Notes under the pieces: generated by a model | Databases searched by the model: none | What the model was told of the DNA's origin: nothing | The model's input: the letters and a program-made list of their open reading frames with translations, nothing else | Shown here: in pieces, positions 18,528-28,902 of the stretch | Numbering within the stretch: position 1 is the stretch's first letter | Layout: every line of letters begins with the position of its first letter | From: a virus | Lineage: Duplodnaviria; Caudoviricetes | Virus record (IMG/VR): IMGVR_UViG_3300012200_000007 | Coordinates: 1-51,831 of that record | Length of the DNA: 51,831 bases | Reading direction: 5' to 3' (one strand) | Translations under genes and position numbers: made by a program

Positions 18528-18914
18528 ATGCCAAATTATATTCACGGCCACAGGAAAACAGGACACACTTCCCCAACATATCGTTCGTGGAAATCCATGA
18601 TTACACGATGCACGAACAATAACACATCGTATTATTACAGGTATGGAGGACGAGGTATTACGATTTGTGAGCGTTGGCGACACTCCTTCCCGAATTTCCT
18701 CGCTGATATGGGAGAGCGTCCATCTGGGAAAACTCTCGACCGCTGGCCTGATAACAACGGCAATTACGAGCCTGGTAATTGCCGATGGGCAACACGTCTT
18801 GAACAATCGAAAAACAGACGACCCGCAAAACCTCATTCTAAAAAAACGCATCCAGAATCCAATTGGTTGACGCTCCTAAATAACCAAATTCTGTTCGCCC
18901 TGATTGCTCGATAA
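18528..18914 (+). CDS. HNH-like homing endonuclease (YGGRGI family)
   Basis: YRSWKSMITRC...YGGRGITICERW...TLDR..NNGNYEPGNCRWAT. Confidence 0.85.
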   Translation: MPNYIHGHRKTGHTSPTYRSWKSMITRCTNNNTSYYYRYGGRGITICERWRHSFPNFLADMGERPSGKTLDRWPDNNGNYEPGNCRWATRLEQSKNRRPAKPHSKKTHPESNWLTLLNNQILFALIAR

Positions 18915-18986
18915 AACATGGCTCGCTCATTGCTTGTTCATTTTCGCCGGCTCCATACCGGCATTTGTTGATCCTTGCATGACCGG

Positions 18987-19032
18987 GATGCGCGCCAGCC
19001 GTGCGGCCACGGACCACGCATCCCGTTTTTTC
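18987..19032 (+). terminator. hairpin plus T tract between convergent genes
   Basis: cgggatgcg...cgcatcccg followed by a T run. Confidence 0.5.
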
Positions 19033-19035
19033 ACT

Positions 19036-20157
19036 CTATGTCAGTGACGCGATAAGCGCGTAACCGTCCGACGGATAGACTTCCGCTATAGGATCAGGCT
19101 CGCCTATTCCAAGATTGCCGACGGTATAAAGTGGCGGCCACGCGCCTGACGGCCCGCCGGCGGGAACTTTCAAATGCAGGACTTGCTCTGTTTCGCCCCC
19201 GGTGGAAGTCGCGGCGCCGATAATTGCTTCAGCAATGCAGCCGGTTGAAAGATCTACAAAAAATCCGCCCAGAGGACTTCCGAGTAAGGTGAAAGGCGGC
19301 GGGTTGTAGGTGATGAGCGTGCCAGTGGATGGAATGTCTATCATGTCCAGGCTGCCGGCGACGAAGCGAACAACCGTCCAGGTCGGATCATCATTCGCAT
19401 CCTCACCCATGGCTGTCACGCTTACCGTCTCAACGCCGCCTGGACCCGTAATGAACGCTGGGAAAGGAAGGTCTGGAAAATTATGCGTGCCACGCCAGCC
19501 ATCCACCGGACTGATGTTATCCTTGTTGAGCGTCAAAAGAGTTCCGCTTGTTCCAGGCCATCCGCCGATTCCTTCCTTGACCAGAAAATTAACACTTAGG
19601 CCGAATACTCCGACCGTGCCTTCAATTCCGCCGCCCCCAGGCGCGCCGGGTGAATGCGGGAACGTAATACGTGCGGGGTACTGCCGCAGGATATAAGCCG
19701 TTGGCTCGGTGAAAACAAAACGCCCGACCTGCATCACGAGTTCGGTGGCCGCCTTTTTCGAATTGAAATCCGTCACGCGACTGACGATTGCAAACGCCGA
19801 TCCGAGATGGTCTGTAGAATTGTGAAACCCCGTGCTTCCAAAACTGGTCGAAGAGAAATCGTAAGGGCAGAAACCTTCGATGACCGCGGAGTTAGTCAGT
19901 GGGTCATAAGTGCCCGTCCAGGTGAATCCAGGCGGAAGTGTATCCAGATCGTAATTGTTAATGAAAGTTCGGAGCGCGTCCCAATCCAGTACCGGCTCTG
20001 TTTCGTCGTGGTAGTAGACACGCAGCCGCAACGCGACGTTGAACGAAATGCCGCGCTCCCTGGCGCGCAGCGCGCTTTCGACGAATGCGTTCTGATCTTC
20101 AAACCCCGTTCCATCACGCACAACATCGCCGGAGAAACCGTTGAAATCGGCGATCAT
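19036..20157 (-). CDS. putative tail/baseplate protein
   Basis: Last gene of the tail operon; G/P/T-rich. Confidence 0.55.
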   Translation of the reverse strand: MIADFNGFSGDVVRDGTGFEDQNAFVESALRARERGISFNVALRLRVYYHDETEPVLDWDALRTFINNYDLDTLPPGFTWTGTYDPLTNSAVIEGFCPYDFSSTSFGSTGFHNSTDHLGSAFAIVSRVTDFNSKKAATELVMQVGRFVFTEPTAYILRQYPARITFPHSPGAPGGGGIEGTVGVFGLSVNFLVKEGIGGWPGTSGTLLTLNKDNISPVDGWRGTHNFPDLPFPAFITGPGGVETVSVTAMGEDANDDPTWTVVRFVAGSLDMIDIPSTGTLITYNPPPFTLLGSPLGGFFVDLSTGCIAEAIIGAATSTGGETEQVLHLKVPAGGPSGAWPPLYTVGNLGIGEPDPIAEVYPSDGYALIASLT

Positions 20158-21137
20158 GTAATCGCCCGCGCCCAGGCCCGTGCGTGAAGGTTCAAGTCGA
20201 TATAATTCACCTGAACTTTCTTTTGAAGTTCGGTCTCCGGGTCAATGTCCGGTGTTCCGTCGGCCTTTAGCGCGTCGGCAAGAATCGGTTTCCAGAGCGG
20301 CTCGGTTGCTGATTCGGCGTCGTCATCCTCTCGCGGATCGTTGGGGATCATCGGTTGACCGGATACGGCCGCGATAACATCTCCCGGAAAAATATATTCA
20401 GTGCCGTAAACCGGATTCTCTTCCGAGCGGGTCAGGTATCGGGGAATGATGACTTGAAACTCGGACAGCGGAACGTTCAGCGAAGTCCGGACATCCTCGA
20501 AAGTTTTGAGTCCATACTTTATCGAGAGCGTCTTAATATCCGTGCTGCCTCCGGTGATGATGTAATCATCATCCAGTTCATTGCGCCCGGCCGAGATGCT
20601 GGCGGTGACATCGTAAGCACGGCGGATCGTTGCCGTGTAAAAATGATGAATGAGCCAGCGCGTGCTTTCCGTGATGGTTCCAGCGGCGTACAGATTCACC
20701 GCCGGATCTTCCAGACCGAATGAGTTCGAAACCATTTCAACCGGCACTGGCAAAAGAATGTGGTCGCTCATGCTCCGCCGCAGCGCGATGGGCTTGGCAA
20801 CGTAAATGTAATCTCCGATAACACCGCCGCTGAAACTCTTGCAGATCAGATAATCATCCGGGCTGTCGTCAATAACGACCGCATGAATGACATTCGCCGT
20901 TCCACCGTCGCCCATGGCCGATGCTCTCGAAAGAGTGATTAGAAAATTCCCATCGGTGATTTGCGCGTCGTCTTTTTCGCCCCAAACGATTCGCGGATTT
21001 GTCAACGCCCGCAACGTTCGACTGAAAATGTTCATCGTGCCGGCGCTGAAAATACTCGGACCATCCTTGCCGGCCCGGAATTCAGGCAAAGACATGCGAT
21101 TTCTGACCGCGACTTCCGCTGTTGTGCGTTCGCTCAT
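20154..21137 (-). CDS. putative minor tail protein
   Basis: DYLIC...YVAKP..LRRS...YIDLN..ARAWA; tail context. Confidence 0.55.
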   Translation of the reverse strand: MSERTTAEVAVRNRMSLPEFRAGKDGPSIFSAGTMNIFSRTLRALTNPRIVWGEKDDAQITDGNFLITLSRASAMGDGGTANVIHAVVIDDSPDDYLICKSFSGGVIGDYIYVAKPIALRRSMSDHILLPVPVEMVSNSFGLEDPAVNLYAAGTITESTRWLIHHFYTATIRRAYDVTASISAGRNELDDDYIITGGSTDIKTLSIKYGLKTFEDVRTSLNVPLSEFQVIIPRYLTRSEENPVYGTEYIFPGDVIAAVSGQPMIPNDPREDDDAESATEPLWKPILADALKADGTPDIDPETELQKKVQVNYIDLNLHARAWARAIT

Positions 21138-21138
21138 T

Positions 21139-22713
21139 TTATCTCACGTCATCACTGACCTCAAAACGGGAGGCACCAGTCAGCAACGTTACAGCAGGTC
21201 CATTCGTTCTGTTAGACATGAGTGATCCGTAAATCCTCAAGCTTGGAGTTGAGCCGTTAATCGAATTGGTTGCCGTCGTGTTGGAAATAAAAACACAGTC
21301 GCGAATCACTGTGTTAGTGTTGGCCGCCGCAAATGCCAGGCAGCGCGAGTTTGCATTTGCCCAGGTGTTCACCACGCGAGATCGATTGAGTGTAAAAGTT
21401 ACGCCAGTGTCTTCGATCAGAATTGTGTTTCCGGTGTCGGAAGCGCCTTCGATGCGTTCAGCTTCAACGGTCAAACTTCCGGCCCCTCCGTCAACAGCCG
21501 GATTTCCGCCCGCGATTGTCTTCGCCTTGACCTTGACCACAGACCCGGAGTTGGTGACATAGATCACGATGTAATTTCCGCTATCCCAAAGGTCGCCATC
21601 GCCAGTAATCGTCGTCGTGGCCGCACCGGCAACATCGTCAAAAAGACCCACGCTTCCCGAAGTATTAGTCACGCTGGCGCCGTTAAAAAAATGCCAGTTC
21701 ACTCCGTTCTTCATCAGGTTCGTCGCCGTGTAAGCGCCCGGCATGACGAAGATCGTGTCGCCGCTTAACGATGCTGTCTTGGCTGCGTTTGGTGTCAGGA
21801 ATGCTTTGGCAGGATCGCCTCTTTCGCCAGTCGAATCACTTCCGTTCTTCGCCACCCAAACCGTATTCGTGAGCGGCACACCACCACCACTGCTTGCAAT
21901 GCCGCCCGTGACACCGCCGCCGCTGGCCAGGATCGACCAATTCGTTCCGCCGCGGGAGCGCAGTTGCACCCCGCCGAAATTGTTGCTCACGACCAGATTC
22001 GTCAGGAGGGTGTCGATGCGGTCGCCGCTCGCCGGATAAATCTTGATCGTGTTCGTGCCGCCCGCCCCGCCTTCATCCTTGATAAGAAACAGGAGATTGC
22101 TCGCGTTCGATGCACTGGGCAGTGTCAAAATCAAATTCGTGTTAGAGCGCGTGTCCACGCCCAGGTAAAGGTCGTTCGTGGTCAGGGTGTAATTGGTCGC
22201 CACGAGATAACGGCCGTGTAATCCAAACCCGGCATCCAATTCGATTTTGCTTAGGCCCCGATTGCTTGAGAGCAAATCCAGATTGGTCCACAGTTGCGAC
22301 GCGTAAGCCGCCGAGAACGGCAATTGAAGCGCAGACGTGTTCGTGGACGGCGCCGATACACTGGACACACTCGCCCATGTTCCTCCTTGAGCTAACGTGA
22401 TGTCCAACCCACGAAACGTGACAACATTCGTTGCGCTCTGATAAACCGTGACTCCAACTTGCGGAAAAAACGACCACGACCGGAACAGGTTCGTTGCCGA
22501 TGCCGAAACACTCGCGCTGTTGGTTTGAATCCCCGTTGTACTCGCCGCGTTCGTCCAGTTCCGCGTGATGCCGTTAACGGTCAAGTTTGTTCCTGCACCC
22601 GGCAACGGTGTGTTCGTAATCGTTACCGTGTAGGTGACGAGAGCGGCATGAAGTCCGAAAGGAAACACGGACAAGACAACCGCGCCAATAAATCGAGCAA
22701 AAAGTTTCTTCAT
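21139..22713 (-). CDS. tail fibre/spike-like protein with a beta-helix-like C-terminus and an N-terminal signal peptide
   Basis: LTLPSAS...IKDEGG..TN.I.I...GDRID fibre module; WVAKNGSD...AFLT...GDTIFVMPGAY; TN-rich. Confidence 0.65.
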   Translation of the reverse strand: MKKLFARFIGAVVLSVFPFGLHAALVTYTVTITNTPLPGAGTNLTVNGITRNWTNAASTTGIQTNSASVSASATNLFRSWSFFPQVGVTVYQSATNVVTFRGLDITLAQGGTWASVSSVSAPSTNTSALQLPFSAAYASQLWTNLDLLSSNRGLSKIELDAGFGLHGRYLVATNYTLTTNDLYLGVDTRSNTNLILTLPSASNASNLLFLIKDEGGAGGTNTIKIYPASGDRIDTLLTNLVVSNNFGGVQLRSRGGTNWSILASGGGVTGGIASSGGGVPLTNTVWVAKNGSDSTGERGDPAKAFLTPNAAKTASLSGDTIFVMPGAYTATNLMKNGVNWHFFNGASVTNTSGSVGLFDDVAGAATTTITGDGDLWDSGNYIVIYVTNSGSVVKVKAKTIAGGNPAVDGGAGSLTVEAERIEGASDTGNTILIEDTGVTFTLNRSRVVNTWANANSRCLAFAAANTNTVIRDCVFISNTTATNSINGSTPSLRIYGSLMSNRTNGPAVTLLTGASRFEVSDDVR

Positions 22714-23315
22714 ACATTCGTCACGTTCACATTCCCATCGTCATCTATCCACAAAACTTTCGTCAGTCCGCTCGGTCTGCTCTTGAGAATAATCTGATCG
22801 CACGGTGTCGCCGAATTGCTTCCATCTTTCGGAACGAACAAAGCTATTCCGGTGCTCACACTCAAAGCAGTTTCAGTCGGAGGAACAACCAGCGTTCCGC
22901 CGTCAATAAACGGCTTTACCAGAGTAGCCGTGTTTCGATACGGATATTGCGGTCCTGTTGCGTCCTCAATCCGAACTTCAAAAACACACTTCACACTGGA
23001 CTCGGATGTCAACGCCGTGGAAATCGGACTTGTATTGAGATAAAAAACACCGGTCTTTTTCGATCCTGAATCCGAGAACGTGTTTTGGAAAGCTAGCTGA
23101 GTCCTGTCCGTGAAATTGAACAAACCGATTGAAAGAGAAAAATCGCTCGGCTCAACAATTGACCACGGCGCATTCGGATCTTCCGTCCGAGTCATCAACG
23201 TATATTCAACGGGTAGAATCTCGCTCCCGGTAAATGTCGGCAGTTGTTCCTGCTGCAACGCGGTGGCGGAACTGTAAATCTTGAAATCGTCGCCGTTGAA
23301 AAGTTTCAGAAGCAT
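22710..23315 (-). CDS. putative baseplate/fibre adaptor
   Basis: Tail context; beta-rich. Confidence 0.5.
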   Translation of the reverse strand: MLLKLFNGDDFKIYSSATALQQEQLPTFTGSEILPVEYTLMTRTEDPNAPWSIVEPSDFSLSIGLFNFTDRTQLAFQNTFSDSGSKKTGVFYLNTSPISTALTSESSVKCVFEVRIEDATGPQYPYRNTATLVKPFIDGGTLVVPPTETALSVSTGIALFVPKDGSNSATPCDQIILKSRPSGLTKVLWIDDDGNVNVTNV

Positions 23316-23321
23316 GGAAAT

Positions 23322-24008
23322 TTATTCGTAAAGCGGAATCCTGTAGGCGTTGGTGAAGCCGGATACCTGGACTGAAATCCATTTCGCGGCGGCGCCGGCT
23401 GAGACCGGAGCGGTGTTTGTGGCGCCGAATGTTACCTGGTTGGTTGTGCCAGAAAGCGTAAGTTTACCCGAACTGTCGATCGTCGCCACGAGAGTTGAAG
23501 CGTTGTAAAGGTTCAGCAGCGGAGCATTGGTCAGACTTTTGGAATTCAGAATGAACGGGGCAACAAATCCGTCCGAGACAGATGGATCAAACAGGAATCC
23601 AGGGAGGAATTGATTGTCCACGATGCCTTCGAGGACGGGTGTTCCATCAGCATTGTAGAATGCGTCCAGGTAACTGCCGTTCGTACTCTGAATGCCGAAC
23701 GTCGGGACTCCGCTGCCGCCTTTGATAACGAAAAAAGTGGAACCGTTGTCGCCGTTCAGGAGATAAGATTTTGCTGTTATGTTCGACAGCGTCACGTTCA
23801 AATTGCTCTGCGTGTTCAACACGTTGAGGATTTGTTGCACCGTAGCCAACCTCGCTTTCGTCGCGTTCGTCAGAACCAGAACCGCGTTGCTCGAAACGAT
23901 GGTGGTTGCCGATGGCAGAGTTGAAATGTTCACCTCGGTTGTGCTCGCGGCAATCAGGAGCAGCATGGCCGAGATGACCGATATGCCGAACAGGATTTTG
24001 ATTTTCAT
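23322..24008 (-). CDS. fibre-like protein with N-terminal signal peptide
   Basis: ISTLPSATT motif, C-terminal YRIPLY, hydrophobic N-terminus. Confidence 0.6.
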   Translation of the reverse strand: MKIKILFGISVISAMLLLIAASTTEVNISTLPSATTIVSSNAVLVLTNATKARLATVQQILNVLNTQSNLNVTLSNITAKSYLLNGDNGSTFFVIKGGSGVPTFGIQSTNGSYLDAFYNADGTPVLEGIVDNQFLPGFLFDPSVSDGFVAPFILNSKSLTNAPLLNLYNASTLVATIDSSGKLTLSGTTNQVTFGATNTAPVSAGAAAKWISVQVSGFTNAYRIPLYE

Positions 24009-24014
24009 GTTGTT

Positions 24015-24260
24015 CTACGTTGTGACTTTCAAACGGCCTTCGTCGGTGTCGAGATACGATCCTGCCAAAGCGATTTCCCATGTGCCGTCTCGGTTCGGAG
24101 TGTAATAAATATCCCCGGTCAGAGTATCGTGGTAAAAGAAAAAGAACGGACTCGCATTCGCACCGGGCGGTCCGGCGCCTTCCGTCAGAATGCCGGCGAA
24201 ACTCGGTGACGGCGGAACGCGAACGTTCAACCCCAACAGATAATCAGAAAATGCGCTCAT
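24015..24260 (-). CDS. small fibre-associated protein
   Basis: GAGPP...YHDTLTGDIY...GTW motif. Confidence 0.5.
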   Translation of the reverse strand: MSAFSDYLLGLNVRVPPSPSFAGILTEGAGPPGANASPFFFFYHDTLTGDIYYTPNRDGTWEIALAGSYLDTDEGRLKVTT

Positions 24261-24261
24261 A

Positions 24262-24951
24262 TCACTTCGCAACCACGTAACGGGTCTGTCGTAAATAAAA
24301 ATTCCCAAGCCACCTGCTAAGGCGACTATCTTCCGCGACGATCTCGTCTCCTGCGTTAATCATTCCGACGTATTCAGTTCGGCTCGGTGAGCTGGCCGGC
24401 GTGGATGGAACAAGAACCGCATCGTAAAGATAATCCGTGTCCAAAGGTTCAGTAGGTCCTGGTCCAGCGCCATTCAGATACCTCTGCGATTTGATGACGG
24501 GTATGGTTCCTGGTTCCGTGCTGTAAAAATAATCGTGGCGCACCCGAGATGTCACAACATGCGATTGGCGTGGACGGCCCGTTGCCTGGATGGATGTTCC
24601 GGTAAGATTGCCCACCGTCCACACACCCTGAAAACCGATGAACGAATAGGAATAGCTTTCGAATTCATCATGTGACGCCGGCAGTCTTGCATAGGTCCGG
24701 GTCCATTTAACCAGACCGCCGCCGATGTCTTGTCTTGGACCTTCCGAAACAAGTTTGAAAGATGAATCACGATCAAATCCGGTGCCTAATGGCAAAGTTG
24801 AAAATGATGAAATGTTTTGAACGAAATCCTGGCTCACCACGTAAGCCGTATTCACCGCCCGGATTGGACAGCTATAAATCGGCAACCCGACCGCGGCCGC
24901 GATGCTCAAATTACCGTCCGTATAAATCGGCTCTGGAAATGCGAGTGCCAT
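24262..24951 (-). CDS. putative distal tail/hub protein
   Basis: Immediately follows the tape measure gene. Confidence 0.55.
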   Translation of the reverse strand: MALAFPEPIYTDGNLSIAAAVGLPIYSCPIRAVNTAYVVSQDFVQNISSFSTLPLGTGFDRDSSFKLVSEGPRQDIGGGLVKWTRTYARLPASHDEFESYSYSFIGFQGVWTVGNLTGTSIQATGRPRQSHVVTSRVRHDYFYSTEPGTIPVIKSQRYLNGAGPGPTEPLDTDYLYDAVLVPSTPASSPSRTEYVGMINAGDEIVAEDSRLSRWLGNFYLRQTRYVVAK

Positions 24952-26573
24952 CAGGGTCCGTTCACGGGTTGCACGACGAGTCCTTCCTTGCTGGCCATGT
25001 CAATCAGGGCAGCCATATGTTTGTCGATTGATTCAAGCCGATCATCCGAAGTTTGCAATCCAGCGGCAGCCAGACCGCGCTTGAGCGATTCCAGTTTTTT
25101 GGCGTCTTCCTTGAACCGGGTTGACTCCGGTCCTTCAATGAACAGCGCCCGTTTCATTTCGTCCTTCAACCGCATCTCATCCTGGGCCTCGCCTGCATGT
25201 TGCTGGCCGAACGCCATCCCCATCCGCATCGTTATTGCGTCCTGCCGTCTCTGCGAATCAAACATCGTGTCCCGCTGCCACGGCATTGACTTCGCAAGTT
25301 CATCCAGGGTCGGCATGAACTCTTTTGTGACGGCCTCTTGCCGGTGCCGGCGCGAGTCGGATATTTCGCGGTCGAGCTTGGCTTGAGCCATCGCCTGATC
25401 CTTTTGCGCGGATGCCAAAGCCAGATTGTCTCTGCGCAAATTATTTTCGAATTGCAGCGCGGATTTTTTGTCGTTCGCGGCTTCGGCTTCCGCTTTGGCG
25501 ATTTGTTCGATGGCGATTTTCTCGGTCAGGAACGCAACTTGATTGTGTTCGTGCGCCGCCTTCGATTCCTCGATCTCCTGCTTGACTGACTCAGCTTTTT
25601 CTTTTCGCTGCGCGTCGAACAATTTCGCGTCGTCATCCTTTTCGGACTTCTGCATGTCCTTCTTCGCCTTGTGGAAATCCGTCACGTTACCCTTCGCTTC
25701 CGCAAGCGCCTCTTTGTCCTTTCCCATGGCCGTCTCTTTGTCGCGCAGTTCCGCTTCCGCTTGTTCGCGCATTTGTCCGTAAAGGTTCGCCCGGTCGGCG
25801 CCGATGGCTTGCGTGAGCGCGTTGTGCTCCTCCTTTGAAATCAATCCGAACAATTCGTTCTTTTCTTTGCCGCCACCGAACCCGGCCGTCGCGCCTTCCT
25901 TCTGCAATTCTTTCAGCGCGTTGACCTTGTTTTTCAAATCCTCAATTGAACGGATGCGCTCCTCATCATTCACTTTTGCGGACGCTCTCTGCTCCTCGCC
26001 CAGCGCGATTTCTTCCTTGCGCGCATCAATAAATTCCTCGTTCAAATCCAGCGCCTTTTTCTTGACAAGGAATTCACTGTCCGTCGACGATTCACGGCGC
26101 GCTTTTTCGATTTCTTCTCCATGCCGTTCCTTCTCGACTTCGGCGGGTTTTTCGCGCCCGATGTTCTTCTCGAAAGCTTCTTGTTCCTCCCGGCCTTTCC
26201 GGACTTCCTCGCGAGCTTTCGCCGATGCCTCGAAGGTTTTCATGTAACCCTCGGTTTCTTTTCGAGCTCGCGCCTCGGATGCCTTCACGGCTTTTTCCTG
26301 TTCCTCCTCGTAATCCTTAAACGCTTTGATGACCGAAAACATCACAGCCACCATGGGATCAAGCGCGGCCCGCAACGCAATGCCCATGAGCGGTGATGTC
26401 GCGCTGATTTCATGCAACACTTTGTGAAACGCCCGGCCCTGGCTTTCGGCGTGAATGAAACTGTGTTTGGCGTGTTCCCCGGTCTTGCCCATTTCGTTCT
26501 GAACATTTCGCAACTCCTGATTGAGTTGGTCCGCTTTCAACCCGAGCTTGATTTGGATTTCCTCAGTGTCCAT
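24951..26573 (-). CDS. tape measure protein
   Basis: IQIKLGLKADQL N-terminus, long E/K/A coiled coil, position. Confidence 0.7.
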   Translation of the reverse strand: MDTEEIQIKLGLKADQLNQELRNVQNEMGKTGEHAKHSFIHAESQGRAFHKVLHEISATSPLMGIALRAALDPMVAVMFSVIKAFKDYEEEQEKAVKASEARARKETEGYMKTFEASAKAREEVRKGREEQEAFEKNIGREKPAEVEKERHGEEIEKARRESSTDSEFLVKKKALDLNEEFIDARKEEIALGEEQRASAKVNDEERIRSIEDLKNKVNALKELQKEGATAGFGGGKEKNELFGLISKEEHNALTQAIGADRANLYGQMREQAEAELRDKETAMGKDKEALAEAKGNVTDFHKAKKDMQKSEKDDDAKLFDAQRKEKAESVKQEIEESKAAHEHNQVAFLTEKIAIEQIAKAEAEAANDKKSALQFENNLRRDNLALASAQKDQAMAQAKLDREISDSRRHRQEAVTKEFMPTLDELAKSMPWQRDTMFDSQRRQDAITMRMGMAFGQQHAGEAQDEMRLKDEMKRALFIEGPESTRFKEDAKKLESLKRGLAAAGLQTSDDRLESIDKHMAALIDMASKEGLVVQPVNGP

Positions 26574-27237
26574 TGCGTTTAGGCTGAGTCCGTAACCAGG
26601 CGGCTTTGATCCGGTCGGATGGATTACAGAGCGGAACCGGACTCCGGTGGTAATGGTTCATCTGGTTCAGGTATTGAAACAATCTCTTCAACGGTGTGTT
26701 GAGTGTTTCCTCCTGCGACCAGCCGAATTCGCGCCCGAATGTCGCGCAGAAATAAGCGGCATCAGAAAAATAATCATCCTCGAATCCGTGCTTCTGCGGA
26801 GCCGGCGGCCGGTCCTGCAACGCCTCGGACATGTAAGCTCTGGCCTTGTCGATTATTTGAGCGGCAACCGCGAGCTTTTTTTCTCGTCTGATTTCATGTT
26901 TCGCCCGCGCCCGTTTGGTGTTCCACAAAGCCCGGTAGGCCGGAGGGAAAAAGATTCGTTGGCAACGCCGTTCGAATTTCCGTTTTAGATTTTTGTCAGT
27001 GGTTGAAAACGAAGTTGAAAGCAGCCACAGGAAATTGAACAACTGATTCGGTGTTGGAATCCCGTCCTGAGACAGCAACGGATTGCGACCGGATCGAAGA
27101 ACGATTAAATGCCGCAGCGTGATTGGGACGGCTTCAAACGGACCAATAGATTCGGTAATATCCAGGAAAGCGGCGTCACGAACGACGCGCTCTTTGAGGA
27201 CCGCCTCGGCGAAACCTGGAATGTCCAAAATGTCCAT
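26563..27237 (-). CDS. putative tail assembly chaperone
   Basis: Between tail tube and TMP; FGWS.EE.LNTPLKRLFQ. Confidence 0.55.
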   Translation of the reverse strand: MDILDIPGFAEAVLKERVVRDAAFLDITESIGPFEAVPITLRHLIVLRSGRNPLLSQDGIPTPNQLFNFLWLLSTSFSTTDKNLKRKFERRCQRIFFPPAYRALWNTKRARAKHEIRREKKLAVAAQIIDKARAYMSEALQDRPPAPQKHGFEDDYFSDAAYFCATFGREFGWSQEETLNTPLKRLFQYLNQMNHYHRSPVPLCNPSDRIKAAWLRTQPKRNGH

Positions 27238-27243
27238 TCACGG

Positions 27244-27570
27244 TCAAGCGTTCTTGCGCCGAAGTGTGACGTTGCACTTGTAATAATCGGCGATGGCAAA
27301 GGGCCGGGTAATATCCACAATGACCCAATCCCCGCCGGGAAGATCCGTCAACACCTCACCGAGTGCCGGAACATCGTTAACGGTTGCGATTTGCACCGTA
27401 GCTGTTCCATGCGCGAATCCAGCCACGGCAACCCAGCCGTTAGGCCCTCCGATTTCATTCGGGCGTTCGATGATTTTTGTCGGGAACGTCAGGCTGAGGT
27501 GCTCGATGATCCGTCCGCCTGAGACAAAACTGCCGAACGGAACCGCGCCGTCATTGTAAGTTTCTGCCAT
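27244..27570 (-). CDS. putative tail tube protein (short)
   Basis: Position; beta-rich, 108 aa. Confidence 0.45.
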   Translation of the reverse strand: MAETYNDGAVPFGSFVSGGRIIEHLSLTFPTKIIERPNEIGGPNGWVAVAGFAHGTATVQIATVNDVPALGEVLTDLPGGDWVIVDITRPFAIADYYKCNVTLRRKNA

Positions 27571-27573
27571 AAA

Positions 27574-28053
27574 TCAAATCTGCGTCCACGCGTCCTGCTG
27601 AATGCTCACGTCAATCGTGAACGGGAACGTGGTCTGTTGGTATCCGTCCGCCGACCTGACTCCGGTTTCTTCGTTTCCGGTCTGGATAAATTGAACCTTG
27701 TGCAAGGTCAGTTGCGTTCCGTTGATTGCCCCTTTCAACGCCGCAATTCCATTCCGAACCATGGCCCGATAGGTCGAGTGCGCGAGCTTCCCGGCAACGT
27801 CCGCGTCGGTTATCGCGTGCAATTTGAGTTCGCCGCGGAAACAGGAAACGCGCTGGGTTTGATCCGGTAGTATTGCCAGCCGTTGCGGACTCGCCTCGCC
27901 GATATGCTTGTAAACAATCTCGACCCGCGGCCGGATTTTCTGAAAGTCGATTGGATCCTCGATTGTGAAACACACCAGGTCCAGACCGGAAAGAACGGTC
28001 TTCACCGCAGTCGGTATAATCGACTCGAAATTGTAGACAGCGATAGCGCCCAT
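27574..28053 (-). CDS. putative tail terminator
   Basis: Synteny and size. Confidence 0.45.
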   Translation of the reverse strand: MGAIAVYNFESIIPTAVKTVLSGLDLVCFTIEDPIDFQKIRPRVEIVYKHIGEASPQRLAILPDQTQRVSCFRGELKLHAITDADVAGKLAHSTYRAMVRNGIAALKGAINGTQLTLHKVQFIQTGNEETGVRSADGYQQTTFPFTIDVSIQQDAWTQI

Positions 28054-28056
28054 TTT

Positions 28057-28902
28057 TCAATCGACAGTCTCCTCCGCTTCGGGTTTGTGTTTGTGCGCCT
28101 GCGTCTGGATTCGAATTCCGTCTGCAACATTCTTCGCGTAACCTGACACAACAAGTTGAATCCGTTTCAGGATGGTTTGGACCCGGAACTTCACCGCCCC
28201 ATTGATCTTCGATTTGTCCTGCGCGAAGTTCGGACCACGCCCGCCGAAAACAATGAACGGCGTTTCGCTGGCCAGATCCGCTTCAAAAACGGTGTTGCTC
28301 GACACGTAACCGAAATGCCGCGCTATCCATTGCGGGTATTTTCCGTCTCCCAATTGCGCTGCCGCGTAAGCCCATTTTGCTTTCCACCGGCCCACGTGCG
28401 ATTTGATTTTGTCCACGTAAGGCTGGCGGATTCCTTTCTCGACCACGATTCTTGCCCGCCATTCAGTAGGTGAAACGGACTTCATCCGGCGTGGCCGACC
28501 AGTTCCAGGATAACGATAGGAATTGTGCAACTCAGGCAGATTACTCCCGCTCGGATTCAGGTTTTCCCAGATGAGATGTTGTCTTCCACCGGCTGTTGTG
28601 CGCCACGTGTCGATGTCTTTCAATCCGAACTTGGAACCGATCCGGTCAATCGTGCGCGGGTCCGCTTCGCTGATGAGCGAATACAAATCTTTTTCAACGG
28701 CTTTCTCGCCGCGTTGCCTGGCTTGTTTGGCCGGAATCGGAGGCGTGAAATTCACAATCGTCCGCGTCAACATCCGCTGCTCATCCACCAGAACTTTTGA
28801 CACGTCCTTGCCCTGGCCGATCAATGCCTCGCGCAACCCCGTCAGAACGATGTTCAATCGCGAGGTGTCAACGTCCACCGAGATCATCTGGTCACTGGGC
28901 AT
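28057..28902 (-). CDS. putative neck/tail completion protein
   Basis: Basic; FTPP motif; synteny. Confidence 0.5.
   Translation of the reverse strand: MPSDQMISVDVDTSRLNIVLTGLREALIGQGKDVSKVLVDEQRMLTRTIVNFTPPIPAKQARQRGEKAVEKDLYSLISEADPRTIDRIGSKFGLKDIDTWRTTAGGRQHLIWENLNPSGSNLPELHNSYRYPGTGRPRRMKSVSPTEWRARIVVEKGIRQPYVDKIKSHVGRWKAKWAYAAAQLGDGKYPQWIARHFGYVSSNTVFEADLASETPFIVFGGRGPNFAQDKSKINGAVKFRVQTILKRIQLVVSGYAKNVADGIRIQTQAHKHKPEAEETVD

Noticed and set aside
18393-18960. Replacement 5' end accompanying the second HNH-like gene
   Set aside because: I found no duplicated holin N-terminus on the far side; the 253-aa track ORF is mostly antisense to the HNH.
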